Source: Candidatus Sericytochromatia bacterium
GTDB lineage: Bacteria; Cyanobacteriota; Sericytochromatia; S15B-MN24; UBA4093
DNA: 64,000 nucleotides
Direction of reading: 5' to 3'
Assembly: GCA_036676495.1 (NCBI GenBank)
Contig: JAKFCT010000045.1
Span: forward strand, 1-64,000
Part shown: positions 1 through 9,656 of the stretch, in pieces
Position numbering within the stretch: position 1 is the stretch's first letter
How the letters are laid out: every line of letters starts with the position of its first letter
Position numbers and translations under genes: made by a program
Notes under the pieces: model-generated
Told to the model about the DNA's origin: nothing
What the model saw: the letters and a program-made list of their open reading frames with translations, nothing else
Databases searched by the model: none

Positions 1-18
1 AATCCTCTCCCCGTCGAG

Positions 19-1884
19 TTACGCGCCCCCCATGGGTCTCCTTGCCCGGGTAGGCAAGAGATGGCCACTTTGGGACCTTAACTCCAGGGTCTTCTGGAAG
101 GCTTGGTGATAATGACGCATTAACTCGTCGATTTCATCCAGGGTTGCCCCCGTCTGCTGCGCGTCCGCCACCATCCCCTTGAGGTTCTCCGCCTCCACGC
201 TCCAAAAGTTCAGGGAGAGGGTATGGATCAACATCTCGGCATAGCCTGCGGGATCCGGCCACTTGTCCGCATCCGCGCTAAAGGCAAGATTGGAAATCAA
301 CCGCGGATCTTGTTCCCCGGGGCCCTCCCGAAGTAACGCTTCCCAGGTTAATGTTTGTTCCGCCGGCCACGTTTCGAGCCGCTCCCGCAGGTCCTGGTAC
401 TCCTCCAACCCGAACGGCACCCCCGACAGCTTCTCGCTCACCAGGGCCCGCACCTCGGGCGATTCCACCATCAAGGCCAGAAGCTCCGCTTCGGCCTTCT
501 CGTCCCCGCGCCGCCGGACGGGAGTCGTCCCTGTTCGGCCGGGCGCTAAACGCGGCTTCTTATTATGCCGCATCCTCCGGCCGATTTCCAGTCGCAGCCC
601 CGCCTCCTGCGCCGGGCTCGCGTTCACCCCGTAGCCGTCCAGCAACCGCTTGGCAATTTCCGCCTTCACGATCTCCGAGGGAATCCGCGCCAGGATCGGA
701 GCGCAGGCCTCCGCCACCCGCTGCCGGTACTCCGGCGAATCCGGATCCCCCTTCACCCCCTCGATCGCCCGCGCGATCAGATAGTCCCAGAGGCTCGGGG
801 CCGATCCGATCAACCCCTCGAAGGCCGCCGGCCCCTTCTCCCGCAGGAACGAATCCGGGTCCTTGCCCGACGGCACCCGGATGATCCGGGCCTCCAGCCC
901 CATCCCCTGGGAGACCTCCTCGAGCGTCGCCACCCCCCGATCCGTCGCGATCTGCCCCGCGCGGTCCGCGTCGTAACTGACCACCACGCGCTTGGTGTAG
1001 CGCAACAGGCTCTTGGCCTGCTCCCGGGTCAGCGCCGTCCCCAGCACCCCCACCGCCTCGCCGAAGCCGAACTGGTGAAGCGCCACCACGTCCATGTAGC
1101 CTTCCACCAGAATGGCCCGATCCGACTCCTGCATCCGCCCCTTGGCCTGGGCCAGCCCGTAGAGATGCTGCCCCTTCTGGTAGAGCGGGGTATCCGGCGA
1201 GTTCAGGTACTTGGGCTCGCGCTCGGCTTCCTTCAGGATCCGGCCCCCGAAGGCGATCACCTGCCCCAGGGCCGCCGTGATCGGGAAGATCACCCGCCCG
1301 CGGAACATGTCGAAGGCCCCCGAGCCGTCCTTCCGGCGCCGCACCAGGCCGGCCGCCTCCTGGACCTCCAGCGGAACCCCATGCCGGTTCAGGTGCCGCG
1401 TCAGCGCATCCCACTCCGGCGGAGCGTACCCCAGCGTGAACTTCTCCCAGAGCTCTTCGGGCAAGCCTCGCCGCGCCAGGTACTCCCGCGCCTCCCGCCC
1501 CGCCTCGGCATGGCGCAGCCGCTCCTGGAAGAAGCGGGTGGCCAGGTCGTTGACCTCGCGAAGCTGCTTGCGGGCGTCGTCGGCTTCCTTGTCGCGCTCG
1601 GCCAGCTGGATGCCGTAACGATCCGCCAGGACCTTCAAGGCCTCCGGGAAGGAGAGGTTGTGAAGCCGCTGCACGAAGGCGAAGACGTCCCCGCCCTCGC
1701 CGCAGCCGAAGCAGCGGAAGATCCCCCGCTCGGGGTTGACGTTGAAGGAGGGCGTGCGCTCCGAGTGGAACGGGCAGAGGCCCAGGTAGTTGCGCCCCGA
1801 GCGCTTGAGCACGACGTGCTCGCCGATGATCTCGGCGATGTCCGCTCGGTCGCGGATGAGTTGGACGGGGTCCAATCCCGCCAT
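19..1884 (-). CDS. dnaG: DNA primase
   Basis: CHC2 zinc finger (CPFHSERTPSF...CFGC), PKYLNSPDT, TOPRIM VEGYMD and YDADRAG motifs. Confidence 0.97.
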   Translation of the reverse strand: MAGLDPVQLIRDRADIAEIIGEHVVLKRSGRNYLGLCPFHSERTPSFNVNPERGIFRCFGCGEGGDVFAFVQRLHNLSFPEALKVLADRYGIQLAERDKEADDARKQLREVNDLATRFFQERLRHAEAGREAREYLARRGLPEELWEKFTLGYAPPEWDALTRHLNRHGVPLEVQEAAGLVRRRKDGSGAFDMFRGRVIFPITAALGQVIAFGGRILKEAEREPKYLNSPDTPLYQKGQHLYGLAQAKGRMQESDRAILVEGYMDVVALHQFGFGEAVGVLGTALTREQAKSLLRYTKRVVVSYDADRAGQIATDRGVATLEEVSQGMGLEARIIRVPSGKDPDSFLREKGPAAFEGLIGSAPSLWDYLIARAIEGVKGDPDSPEYRQRVAEACAPILARIPSEIVKAEIAKRLLDGYGVNASPAQEAGLRLEIGRRMRHNKKPRLAPGRTGTTPVRRRGDEKAEAELLALMVESPEVRALVSEKLSGVPFGLEEYQDLRERLETWPAEQTLTWEALLREGPGEQDPRLISNLAFSADADKWPDPAGYAEMLIHTLSLNFWSVEAENLKGMVADAQQTGATLDEIDELMRHYHQAFQKTLELRSQSGHLLPTRARRPMGGA

Positions 1885-1924
1885 GGGTAGCTCCTTTAAC
1901 GGGCCGTAGGCCCTACCTTGTCAC

Positions 1925-2064
1925 GTCCCCCCTTGATGGGGGGACACCCGGCGCAGCCGGGTGGGGGGTGTTAGCCGGCGAAGCCATGGCGTTCCCTATT
2001 TCTAAGGAACCTGGGAGCAGTGACACCCCCCTCGGCTTCGCCGGTCCCCCCGTCGAGGGGGGAC
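1925..2064. repeat. Inverted pair of REP-like palindromic units
   Basis: 1925-1970 (gtccccccttgatggggggac-acccggcgcagccgggt-ggggggtg) is an imperfect reverse complement of 2024-2064; each unit holds two hairpins. Confidence 0.7.
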
Positions 2065-2077
2065 AAAACGAGGAAGA

Positions 2078-3109
2078 CTAAGTGGTGGTCCAGCCGCGCG
2101 GGACGAAGAGTTCCTCGTACTTGCGGATGGCGAACCGGTCGGTCATGCCGGCGATGTAATCGACCACGTGCTGCGCATGATCCTCGCTGCGGTAGCGATC
2201 GCCCGCGGCCTCCTTCACCTCGTCCGCGTTCTCCATGAAGTAGTGGAAGAGGTCGGTGATGAGCCGGCGCGCCTTGCCTTCCTCCTTCTTGGCTTCCGAG
2301 CCGAGGTAGACCCGCTGGAACATGAAGATCCGCAGCTCGGTCTGGATATCCCACATCTCCGGCGACATCGAGATCTTCTCCTTGCCGTGGGAGTGCATCA
2401 CGATGTCCGTGATCATCGCGCCCAGCCGCTGGGCATGGGAGCGGCCGAGCTCCCGGTAGCGAAGGGGCAGCTCCTCGAAGGCCAGGATTCCCGCCCGGAA
2501 GGCGTCGTCCACGTCATGGTTGAGGTAGGCCACCCGGTCGGAGATCTTCACGATCTGCCCTTCCATGGTGAAGGGATCCTGCACGCCGGTATGCCAGCGG
2601 ATGCCGTTGCGGACTTCCTCCGTGAGGTTCAGATCCTCCAGCACGTCCACCACCCGCAGGGAATGCGCGTTGTGCTGCCAGCCTCCCGGCACCACCCGGG
2701 CCAGCGAATGCTCACCCGTATGCCCGAACGCCGGGTGCCCCAGGTCGTGGCCCATGCAGATGGCCTCGATGAGATCCTCGTTGAGCCTGAGGGCGCGGCC
2801 GATGGAGCGCGAGACCTGCGCGACCTCGAGCGTATGGGTCATGCGGGTGCGGTAATGCTCGCCGTCGGGGGCGATGAAGACCTGGGTCTTTCCCTTGAGG
2901 CGGCGGAAGGTCTTGCAGTGGAGGATCCGATCGCGGTCGCGCTGGAAGGCCGTCCGATAGACGTCAGGCTCCTCGGGGAGCTGGCGGCCTCGGCTTTCAC
3001 CGCTCTTGGCCGCCTTGGGCGAAAGGTGAAGCGCTTCGAACTCCTCTTGCTGCTCACGCAGGAAGAGGCCGGTGAACGGCAGGTTCATGGGGGAAGGCGT
3101 CGTCGCCAT
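2078..3109 (-). CDS. dgt: Deoxyguanosinetriphosphate triphosphohydrolase (HD family)
   Basis: FQRDRDRILH, RRLKGKTQVF, RTRMTHTLEV, HDLGH, DYIAGMTD; typical dgt-dnaG order. Confidence 0.95.
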   Translation of the reverse strand: MATTPSPMNLPFTGLFLREQQEEFEALHLSPKAAKSGESRGRQLPEEPDVYRTAFQRDRDRILHCKTFRRLKGKTQVFIAPDGEHYRTRMTHTLEVAQVSRSIGRALRLNEDLIEAICMGHDLGHPAFGHTGEHSLARVVPGGWQHNAHSLRVVDVLEDLNLTEEVRNGIRWHTGVQDPFTMEGQIVKISDRVAYLNHDVDDAFRAGILAFEELPLRYRELGRSHAQRLGAMITDIVMHSHGKEKISMSPEMWDIQTELRIFMFQRVYLGSEAKKEEGKARRLITDLFHYFMENADEVKEAAGDRYRSEDHAQHVVDYIAGMTDRFAIRKYEELFVPRGWTTT

Positions 3110-3330
3110 GGAGCATCCTCTCTAGGATTGGGCCCGTCGGTTCCGTTGCGCGGGGCTCTTATTGTCGCTCCGCTGTCGGTTGTGGGCAAGCCCGCGCCCG
3201 CGCTCAGGTCTCATGGGGATCCCATACCCAACCTTCGGCGCTCACCGCGTTTTGTGACCGAACCGAACGTTGAGCCTCCCCATGCCCCATGCGACACTGC
3301 GGGAGACCGGATGACGAAAGGAGGACGTTC

Positions 3331-4038
3331 ATGCCAAGGACGACGGTTCGGGAGCGCGAGGTCCGGATCCCGGTGGAGTCGGGGGCGCCGATCGCCGGTC
3401 CGCCGAGGTCGGTCCAGCTGGAGGGCAATTTGACCTTGCCCGAGGGGGCCAAAGGCCTGGTGCTCTTCGCGCATGGCTCGGGATCCAGTCGCTTCAGCCC
3501 GCGTAACCGCTTCGTGGCCCGCGCCCTCCAGGACGCGGGGCTCGCCACCTTGCTCATCGACCTCTTGAACCCTCAAGAGGAGGCCCTGGACGTCCGCACC
3601 GCCGAACTTCGCTTCGACATTCCCTTCCTGGCCAAGCGGCTGGCCGAGGTGATCGACTGGCTGGAAGGGGAGCCCGACACCCGGAATCTCGCCGTGGGGC
3701 TCTTCGGGGCGTCGACCGGGGGCGGGGCGGCCTTGATGGCGGCCGTCGATCGCCCCGAGCGCGTCAAGGCCGTGGTCTCGCGCGGAGGAAGGCCGGATCT
3801 CGCGGCTCCGGTGCTGCCTCGCGTGAAGGCTCCCACCTTGCTCATCGTGGGCGGGGAGGACACGCCGGTGATCGCCATGAACCAGGAAGCCTTCGACCAG
3901 ATGAGCTGCGAGAAGCGCCTCTGGATCGTGCCGGGGGCGACGCACCTCTTCGAGGAGCCGGGCACGCTCGAGCAGGTCGCCATCCTGGCGGCGGATTGGT
4001 TCCGATCGCACCTGGGAGCCCAGGCTTCCAGCCGTTAA
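3331..4038 (+). CDS. Dienelactone hydrolase-family alpha/beta hydrolase
   Basis: FAHGSGSSRFSPRN, GASTG nucleophile elbow, SRGGRPDLA, GATHLFEE; start set at ATG 3331 after AGGAGG. Confidence 0.9.
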   Translation: MPRTTVREREVRIPVESGAPIAGPPRSVQLEGNLTLPEGAKGLVLFAHGSGSSRFSPRNRFVARALQDAGLATLLIDLLNPQEEALDVRTAELRFDIPFLAKRLAEVIDWLEGEPDTRNLAVGLFGASTGGGAALMAAVDRPERVKAVVSRGGRPDLAAPVLPRVKAPTLLIVGGEDTPVIAMNQEAFDQMSCEKRLWIVPGATHLFEEPGTLEQVAILAADWFRSHLGAQASSR

Positions 4039-4087
4039 GGCCTCGTCTCCGCCGGATCCCGCAAGGGGCCGGCGGAGGCATGCGGGC

Positions 4088-5413
4088 TCAGAGTCCCTCG
4101 GGGTAGGTTTCCAGGCCCGGCGGCTCGATCGGATCCAGGGGTTCCACGGCCAGCGTCTCGTCGAAGAAGAGGTAGGCGTCGTAGCGGTTGGCCAGCCGGG
4201 AGGGGACGTAGTTTCCCCAGCGCTCGCGCTGGGGATGGTAGACCACGCCGATCGCCCGTTCCTCGTGGGTGCCGAATAGCCAGCCCCCGCCGCTCTCCAG
4301 CAGCGGCGCCTGCAGGTCCAGGTAGAAGCGGTCGAAGCCGGCCTCGTGGAAGATGGCCTCGTAGGAGTGCTCGCGGGCGGCGGGGACGGGCATGTACGTG
4401 TGGGGGCCGTCCCACTCGGGGGCCGCGGTCACCGTGCCCCGGTGCGTGCCGAAGCCGACGGCGAAGGAGCGATCGCCGAACTGCTCGCGCACGAGCTGTC
4501 CCACGTTGACGTGGCCGCTCCGGCCTTCGTAGGTGGCGCGGAAGTCCCCGATATGCGAGTTATGCTCCCAGAGGACGGCCTTGGAGTCGGGGCCCATGTG
4601 CTTGAGCAAGCGGTTGAGGACGTCCACCATGTGGTGATCCCGGAGGTTCCAGGTCACGGCGCCGCCGTAGACCATCTGCCGGTAGTAGCGCTCGGCGTTG
4701 AGCGCCGCCAAGGCATTGAGCTCGGCGTCGAGCACCGCCTCGGGGGAGGTGCGGGTCTCGTAGTCCCCGCGCCGCCGCTGGAGGTCCAGCAGGGTGCTCA
4801 CGACCTGGTCCTCGCAGGTCTCGGCCAGGTAGTGCGCGCTCAGCGCGTAGGTCTGGGTGTCCTGGAACGGCTCGAAGCAGGCGTAGCGCTCGCGCGCCTT
4901 CGCCGCGGCCGGGGGATCGACGGCTTCCAGGTAGCGCAGCACCTCGGCGATCGAGGAGTGGAGGCTGTAGACGTCGAGTCCGTAGAAGTGGGTCATGCGC
5001 TCGGGGTGGCGCGCGTTATGCTCCCGCAGCCAGTCCACGAAGTCCAGGATGATGGTGTTGCGCCACATCCAGGTGGGGAAGCGCTGGAAGCCGGAGAGGG
5101 ACTCGAGCGCGGTGCGCGGAGCTCCGTTGGCCATGCGGGAGTCGCCGGTCACGAAGCGGTTGACCCGGGCGGCATCCGGCCAGTCACCCTCGATGGCCAC
5201 CATGGTGAAGCCTTTTTCCACGATCAGGCGCTGGGTGATCTGCGCGCGGATCGCATAAAACTCGGCCGTGCCGTGGCTGGCCTCGCCCAGCATGACGATC
5301 CGGGCGTCGCCGATGCGATCGAGCAGGGCGTCGAAATCGTGGGGCGTCTTCTGGAGCGGCATGGCGTTCGCCTTCACCCAGTCCGCCAGCGTCGTGGTCA
5401 ACCGATCGGCCAT
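4088..5413 (-). CDS. Erythromycin esterase family protein
   Basis: LGEASHGTAEFY, EGDWPDA, WNLRDHHM, WEHNSHIGD, ERAIGVVY motifs. Confidence 0.9.
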   Translation of the reverse strand: MADRLTTTLADWVKANAMPLQKTPHDFDALLDRIGDARIVMLGEASHGTAEFYAIRAQITQRLIVEKGFTMVAIEGDWPDAARVNRFVTGDSRMANGAPRTALESLSGFQRFPTWMWRNTIILDFVDWLREHNARHPERMTHFYGLDVYSLHSSIAEVLRYLEAVDPPAAAKARERYACFEPFQDTQTYALSAHYLAETCEDQVVSTLLDLQRRRGDYETRTSPEAVLDAELNALAALNAERYYRQMVYGGAVTWNLRDHHMVDVLNRLLKHMGPDSKAVLWEHNSHIGDFRATYEGRSGHVNVGQLVREQFGDRSFAVGFGTHRGTVTAAPEWDGPHTYMPVPAAREHSYEAIFHEAGFDRFYLDLQAPLLESGGGWLFGTHEERAIGVVYHPQRERWGNYVPSRLANRYDAYLFFDETLAVEPLDPIEPPGLETYPEGL

Positions 5414-5447
5414 GAGGTGCCTCCCTTCGAGTCTCCGCGCGGCGGGC

Positions 5448-6092
5448 TCAGCGTGCGGTCTGAGCCAGGCAAGCCTTCGCCTCGGCGTCGGTCACCTGGG
5501 TGAAGTCCGCGTAGAACTGCCCGACGGCGAAGAAGAGCGCGGGGACCGAGATGGCGACGACGTCGTCGACCTCGTGCTGGAGGGCGTCGAAGGTTTCGGG
5601 GGCGATGACCGGGGCGGCCACGACGATCCGGGCGGGCTGCTGGTTGCGGACGTCGGCGATCGCCGCGCGCAGGGTCATCCCCGTCGCCACCCCGTCATCC
5701 ACCAGGATGACCACCCGTCCCTGCAGGGGAAGGGCCGGCCTCCCTTCGCGCATCATGGCCTCGCGCTCCTTGGCCTTGAGCGTCTGATCGTCGGAGGCCG
5801 CCTCCAGGAAGCCCGGCGGCAGCATGACCCCCTTCAGGGCGGAGGTGTTGAGCACCCGGGTGCCCCGGGCCGTCACCGCTCCGATCGCGAACTCCTCGTG
5901 CTGGGGGGCGCCGATCTTGCGGGAGACCAGGATGTCCAGGGGCCAGCCGAAGCGATCCGCCACCGCGCGGGCCACCGGCAACCCTCCGCGAGGCAGGCCG
6001 ATCACCACGACGTCCTGGCCGCGATAGCCTTCCAGTTTCTCGGCGAGCAAGCGCCCCGCCTCTCTCCGGTCCGTGAAGATGATGGGTTCCAT
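5448..6092 (-). CDS. Phosphoribosyltransferase family protein
   Basis: [21 protein letters not shown]-binding [22 protein letters not shown]; start at ATG 6092 after GGAGG. Confidence 0.9.
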   Translation of the reverse strand: MEPIIFTDRREAGRLLAEKLEGYRGQDVVVIGLPRGGLPVARAVADRFGWPLDILVSRKIGAPQHEEFAIGAVTARGTRVLNTSALKGVMLPPGFLEAASDDQTLKAKEREAMMREGRPALPLQGRVVILVDDGVATGMTLRAAIADVRNQQPARIVVAAPVIAPETFDALQHEVDDVVAISVPALFFAVGQFYADFTQVTDAEAKACLAQTAR

Positions 6093-6294
6093 CGCTCTCG
6101 CCTCCTTCGCGCGTTCGAGTCGGATCCTCTCTCCCGCGCCGGGGGAACTCAAGCCCCGGTCGCGCCATGGCGCCGCGCCTCCTCGCGGCGAACCCCTCGG
6201 GGGGATCCCTGCGGGGACGATCCGCCGTGCCTTTTCACCCGCGTGCGCGGAGCTAAACTCGCGGAAGCGTCACGGGATGCGAAGGGGGGAGACC

Positions 6295-8961
6295 ATGCTT
6301 TGTGAGAACTGCGGAGAGCGGCCCGCCACGTATCACCTCACCCAGACGATCAACGGGAAGCGGGAAGAGGTGAACCTTTGCGGCCATTGCGCCCGCCACT
6401 TCCAGGAGGAGCAGCGACCGGGCTGGGAGGGACTGGGGCTCGGAGAGATGGGCCTCGACAACCTGATCGAGTCGGTCTTCGGCCCGCGGGTGCGCTCCTG
6501 GAGCCGGGGAAACCTGCTCGACCGCCTTTCCGCCGATTCCAAGCGCATGCTGGAATCGGCCGCCGAGCACGCCGCCGACGCCGGGGACAGCCAGCTCAGC
6601 ACCGAGCGCTTGCTGTTGGCGATGCTGACCGACGCCATCGAAGGGCCCACCCTGGCCGCCGAGCTCGAAGTGGACGTCGAGGCGATCGTCCAGCGGCTGG
6701 AAGCCGGCCTGCCCAAGGGGCAAGGCCCCCGGCCCGAGCGCGTCACCCTTTCCCCGCGCCTCAAGAAGGCCTTGCAGCTCGCGCATGACTCCGCGCTCCT
6801 CCAGGGGATCAGCTACATCGGTCCGGAGCATCTGCTCGCCGGCATCATCCAGGAGGGAGAGGGCGTGGCCTCCCAGATCCTCCAGGAGAACCTCCGCCGC
6901 ATCCCGCCGCCGGTCCGCAAGCAGCTCCAGAACAATCCCACCTGGGGCACGATGATGGAAGGCGCCAAGAAGGGCCAGAACCTCCAGAAGTTCACCCGCG
7001 ACCTCACGGAGCTGGCTCAAGCCGGCAAGCTCGACCCCGTGATCGGCCGCGACGACGAGATCGAGCGCGTCACGCGCATCCTCTCCCGCCGAACCAAGAA
7101 CAACCCCGTCCTGATCGGAGAGCCCGGCGTCGGCAAGACCGCCATCGCCGAAGGGCTCGCTCAGCGGATCGTGGCCGGCGACGTGCCGGAGATGCTCAAG
7201 AACAAGTCCGTTCTGGCGCTCGACCTGGCCGGCATGGTGGCCGGCACCAAGTATCGCGGCGAGTTCGAGGAGCGCCTCAAGGGCTTGATGGACGAGATCA
7301 AGGCCCAATCGGGTCGGGTGATTCTCTTCATCGACGAGTTGCATACCATCCTGGGGGCCGGAGCGGCGGAAGGGGCCATGGACGCCTCGAACATGCTCAA
7401 GCCCGCCCTGGCCCGGGGTGAGCTGCAGGCGCTGGGGGCCACCACCCTCGACGAGTACCGCAAGCACATCGAGAAGGATGCCGCCCTGGAGCGGCGCTTC
7501 CAGCCGGTCTTGGTCGACGAGCCCACGGTGGATCAAACCATCGAAATCCTCAAGGGCCTGCGCGATCTCTACGAGGCTCATCACTCGGTCTCGATCGCGG
7601 ACGAGGCCCTCACCGCCGCCGCCGAGCTCAGCGACAAGTACGTTCCCGATCGTTTCCTTCCCGACAAGGCCATCGACCTGATCGACGAGGCCTCCGCGAT
7701 GAAGCACCTGGGTTCTCGCCGGGAGCCCAAGCGGCTGGGGGAGCTCGAGGCCGAGGTCGAGCGCCTCGAGCATCAGAAGGACGATGCCGTCCGGAGCGAG
7801 CGCTTCGACGAAGCGCGCACCCTCAAAGAAAAGCAGGACAAAGCCCAGGCGGATCTGAGGGCGTTGCGGAAGGAGTGGCGATCGGAAACCGGCAAAGCGG
7901 AGCCCAGTGTGGAGGTCGAGGATATCGCCCGGGTCGTTTCGGAGTGGACGGGCATTCCAGCCGACAAGATGGTCGCCGAGGAGCGCAAGCGGTTGCTCGC
8001 CATGGAGGAGCATCTTCACCAGCGGGTGATTGGGCAGGATGAGGCCATCGAGGCGGTCTCCGAGGCGGTGCGGCGGGCCCGGACCGGCATGAAGGATCCC
8101 AATCGGCCGATCGGGTCGTTCATCTTCCTGGGGCCGACGGGCGTCGGCAAGACGGAGCTGGCCAAGGCGCTGGCCGAGTACCTGTTCTCCGACGAGGACG
8201 CGATGATCCGCTTCGACATGAGCGAGTTCCAGGAGCGGCATACGGTGAGCCGGCTGGTCGGAGCGCCTCCGGGCTACGTGGGGTACGAGGAAGCCGGCCA
8301 GCTCACCGAGGCCTTGCGCCGCAAGCCCTACTCGGTCATCCTCTTCGACGAGATCGAGAAGGCCCATCCCGACGTCTTCAACATCTTGCTTCAGATGATG
8401 GACGACGGGCGCATCACGGATGCCAAGGGCCGCGTGGTCGATGCCAAGAACGCGGTCATCGTGATGACGTCCAATGTCGGGGCGCACCGGATCTTCGATC
8501 TCGAGGAGCAGGGAGCCGACTGGGAGGCGATCCGGAACGAGTCCATGAACGCGCTCAAGGCCCAGTTCCGCCCGGAGTTCATCAACCGCCTGGATGAGAT
8601 CGTGGTCTTCCATCCCTTGAACCGCGAGCAGATCCTTCAGATCGTCGACCTCATGCTCGAGGGCACGAAGCGGAAGGTGCATGCGCAGGGCTTGACGCTG
8701 GAGCTGACCGACGCGGCCAAGGCGGCGGTGGCGGATCGCGGCTTCGATCCGACCTACGGGGCGCGCCCGTTGCGGCGGGTGATCCAGCGGGAGATCGAGA
8801 CTCCCATCAGCCGCCTGCTCCTGGAAGAGGAGTTCCAGCCGGGGGACGTCATCCGGGCCGATTACGCGGATGGCCGCTTCACGCTCTTCCGCGAGGAGCG
8901 TCCCGCCGAGGCGGTCGGCCAAGCTCCCGGCCAAGCTCCCGCAGAGGGCTCAGCCGGTTAG
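6295..8961 (+). CDS. Hsp100/Clp AAA+ ATPase with N-terminal Zn finger plus Clp-N domain (ClpG/ClpK-like)
   Basis: MLCENC...LCGHC, Clp-N repeats, two Walker A motifs ([16 protein letters not shown]), short coiled-coil M domain; start ATG 6295 after GAAGGGGGGA. Confidence 0.9.
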   Translation: MLCENCGERPATYHLTQTINGKREEVNLCGHCARHFQEEQRPGWEGLGLGEMGLDNLIESVFGPRVRSWSRGNLLDRLSADSKRMLESAAEHAADAGDSQLSTERLLLAMLTDAIEGPTLAAELEVDVEAIVQRLEAGLPKGQGPRPERVTLSPRLKKALQLAHDSALLQGISYIGPEHLLAGIIQEGEGVASQILQENLRRIPPPVRKQLQNNPTWGTMMEGAKKGQNLQKFTRDLTELAQAGKLDPVIGRDDEIERVTRILSRRTKNNPVLIGEPGVGKTAIAEGLAQRIVAGDVPEMLKNKSVLALDLAGMVAGTKYRGEFEERLKGLMDEIKAQSGRVILFIDELHTILGAGAAEGAMDASNMLKPALARGELQALGATTLDEYRKHIEKDAALERRFQPVLVDEPTVDQTIEILKGLRDLYEAHHSVSIADEALTAAAELSDKYVPDRFLPDKAIDLIDEASAMKHLGSRREPKRLGELEAEVERLEHQKDDAVRSERFDEARTLKEKQDKAQADLRALRKEWRSETGKAEPSVEVEDIARVVSEWTGIPADKMVAEERKRLLAMEEHLHQRVIGQDEAIEAVSEAVRRARTGMKDPNRPIGSFIFLGPTGVGKTELAKALAEYLFSDEDAMIRFDMSEFQERHTVSRLVGAPPGYVGYEEAGQLTEALRRKPYSVILFDEIEKAHPDVFNILLQMMDDGRITDAKGRVVDAKNAVIVMTSNVGAHRIFDLEEQGADWEAIRNESMNALKAQFRPEFINRLDEIVVFHPLNREQILQIVDLMLEGTKRKVHAQGLTLELTDAAKAAVADRGFDPTYGARPLRRVIQREIETPISRLLLEEEFQPGDVIRADYADGRFTLFREERPAEAVGQAPGQAPAEGSAG

Positions 8962-8981
8962 ACGCGCGTCGTTCGGGTCTC

Positions 8982-9019
8982 CGGAGGCCATGGCGGGAGG
9001 CCGTGGCCTCCGTTTTCTT
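8982..9019 (+). terminator. Intrinsic terminator after the Clp gene
   Basis: cggaggccatggc-ggga-ggccgtggcctccg hairpin followed by ttttctt. Confidence 0.7.
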
Positions 9020-9026
9020 CGGGGAT

Positions 9027-9057
9027 TTGACAAGCGAGCCTTTTGCTGAAATATTCT
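9027..9057 (+). promoter_or_regulatory. Sigma-70-type promoter of the act operon
   Basis: Perfect TTGACA at 9027-9032 and an AT-rich -10 region (AATATT/TATTCT) 17-19 nt downstream in otherwise GC-rich DNA. Confidence 0.6.
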
Positions 9058-9133
9058 TTATGAACAATTATGTCGCATGCCTGTCCTATCCTTCGAGCTG
9101 ACCGCGCTCGCCCCCCGCCATGCGAGGAGCGCC

Positions 9134-9634
9134 ATGAACCGTCGTCTTTTACTTGTCTTGTTGCTCGTCTTGGTCCTTGGAGGGGCTGCCGTCGCGCTGG
9201 CGACGTCCGCCCGCCGCCAGGGGCCGGCGCAGCCCGTGGCGTTCAGCCATAAGACGCACGTGGGAGACCGCGGCATCTCCTGTGTCTACTGTCATCAGGG
9301 CGTGACGCAAACCGCCAATGCCCTCCTGCCTTCCACCGAGACCTGCATGGACTGTCACCGGGTGGTCAAGACCGATTCCCCCGAGGTCCAGAAGGTCGCG
9401 GCGGCGTATCAAGCGGGGGAGGCGATCCCATGGGTGCGTGTCACCGACCTGCCGGATTTCGTGCGCTTCACGCACCGGCGCCACATCCAGGCCGGGGTCG
9501 ATTGCATGAGCTGCCACGGGGACGTCGCGCGCATGGACCGGGTCTACAAGGCGAACCCGCTGCTCATGGGCGATTGTCTGTCTTGCCACCACCAGAAAGG
9601 GGCTTCCACGGATTGCCTGACCTGTCACCAGTGA
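9134..9634 (+). CDS. actA: Alternative complex III pentaheme cytochrome c subunit
   Basis: N-terminal TM helix and five CxxCH motifs (CVYCH, CMDCH, CMSCH, CLSCH, CLTCH); start ATG 9134 after GAGGAG. Confidence 0.88.
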   Translation: MNRRLLLVLLLVLVLGGAAVALATSARRQGPAQPVAFSHKTHVGDRGISCVYCHQGVTQTANALLPSTETCMDCHRVVKTDSPEVQKVAAAYQAGEAIPWVRVTDLPDFVRFTHRRHIQAGVDCMSCHGDVARMDRVYKANPLLMGDCLSCHHQKGASTDCLTCHQ

Positions 9635-9656
9635 CGGATCACGAGTAGGAGCGAGC

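Noticed and set aside
4088-5413. Macrolide resistance gene (ereA/ereB)
   Set aside because: Sequence and context fit the widespread chromosomal Rv2030c-like subfamily; no mobile context
6253-8934. 893-aa antisense ORF opposite the Clp ATPase, and similar long shadow ORFs (26945-29365, 34918-37272, 38113-40344, 57930-60305)
   Set aside because: Expected in high-GC DNA opposite conserved genes; no motifs and implausible composition
8917-8940. 12-bp tandem duplication at the Clp C-terminus (GQAP x2)
   Set aside because: In-frame slippage in a disordered tail; no evident function
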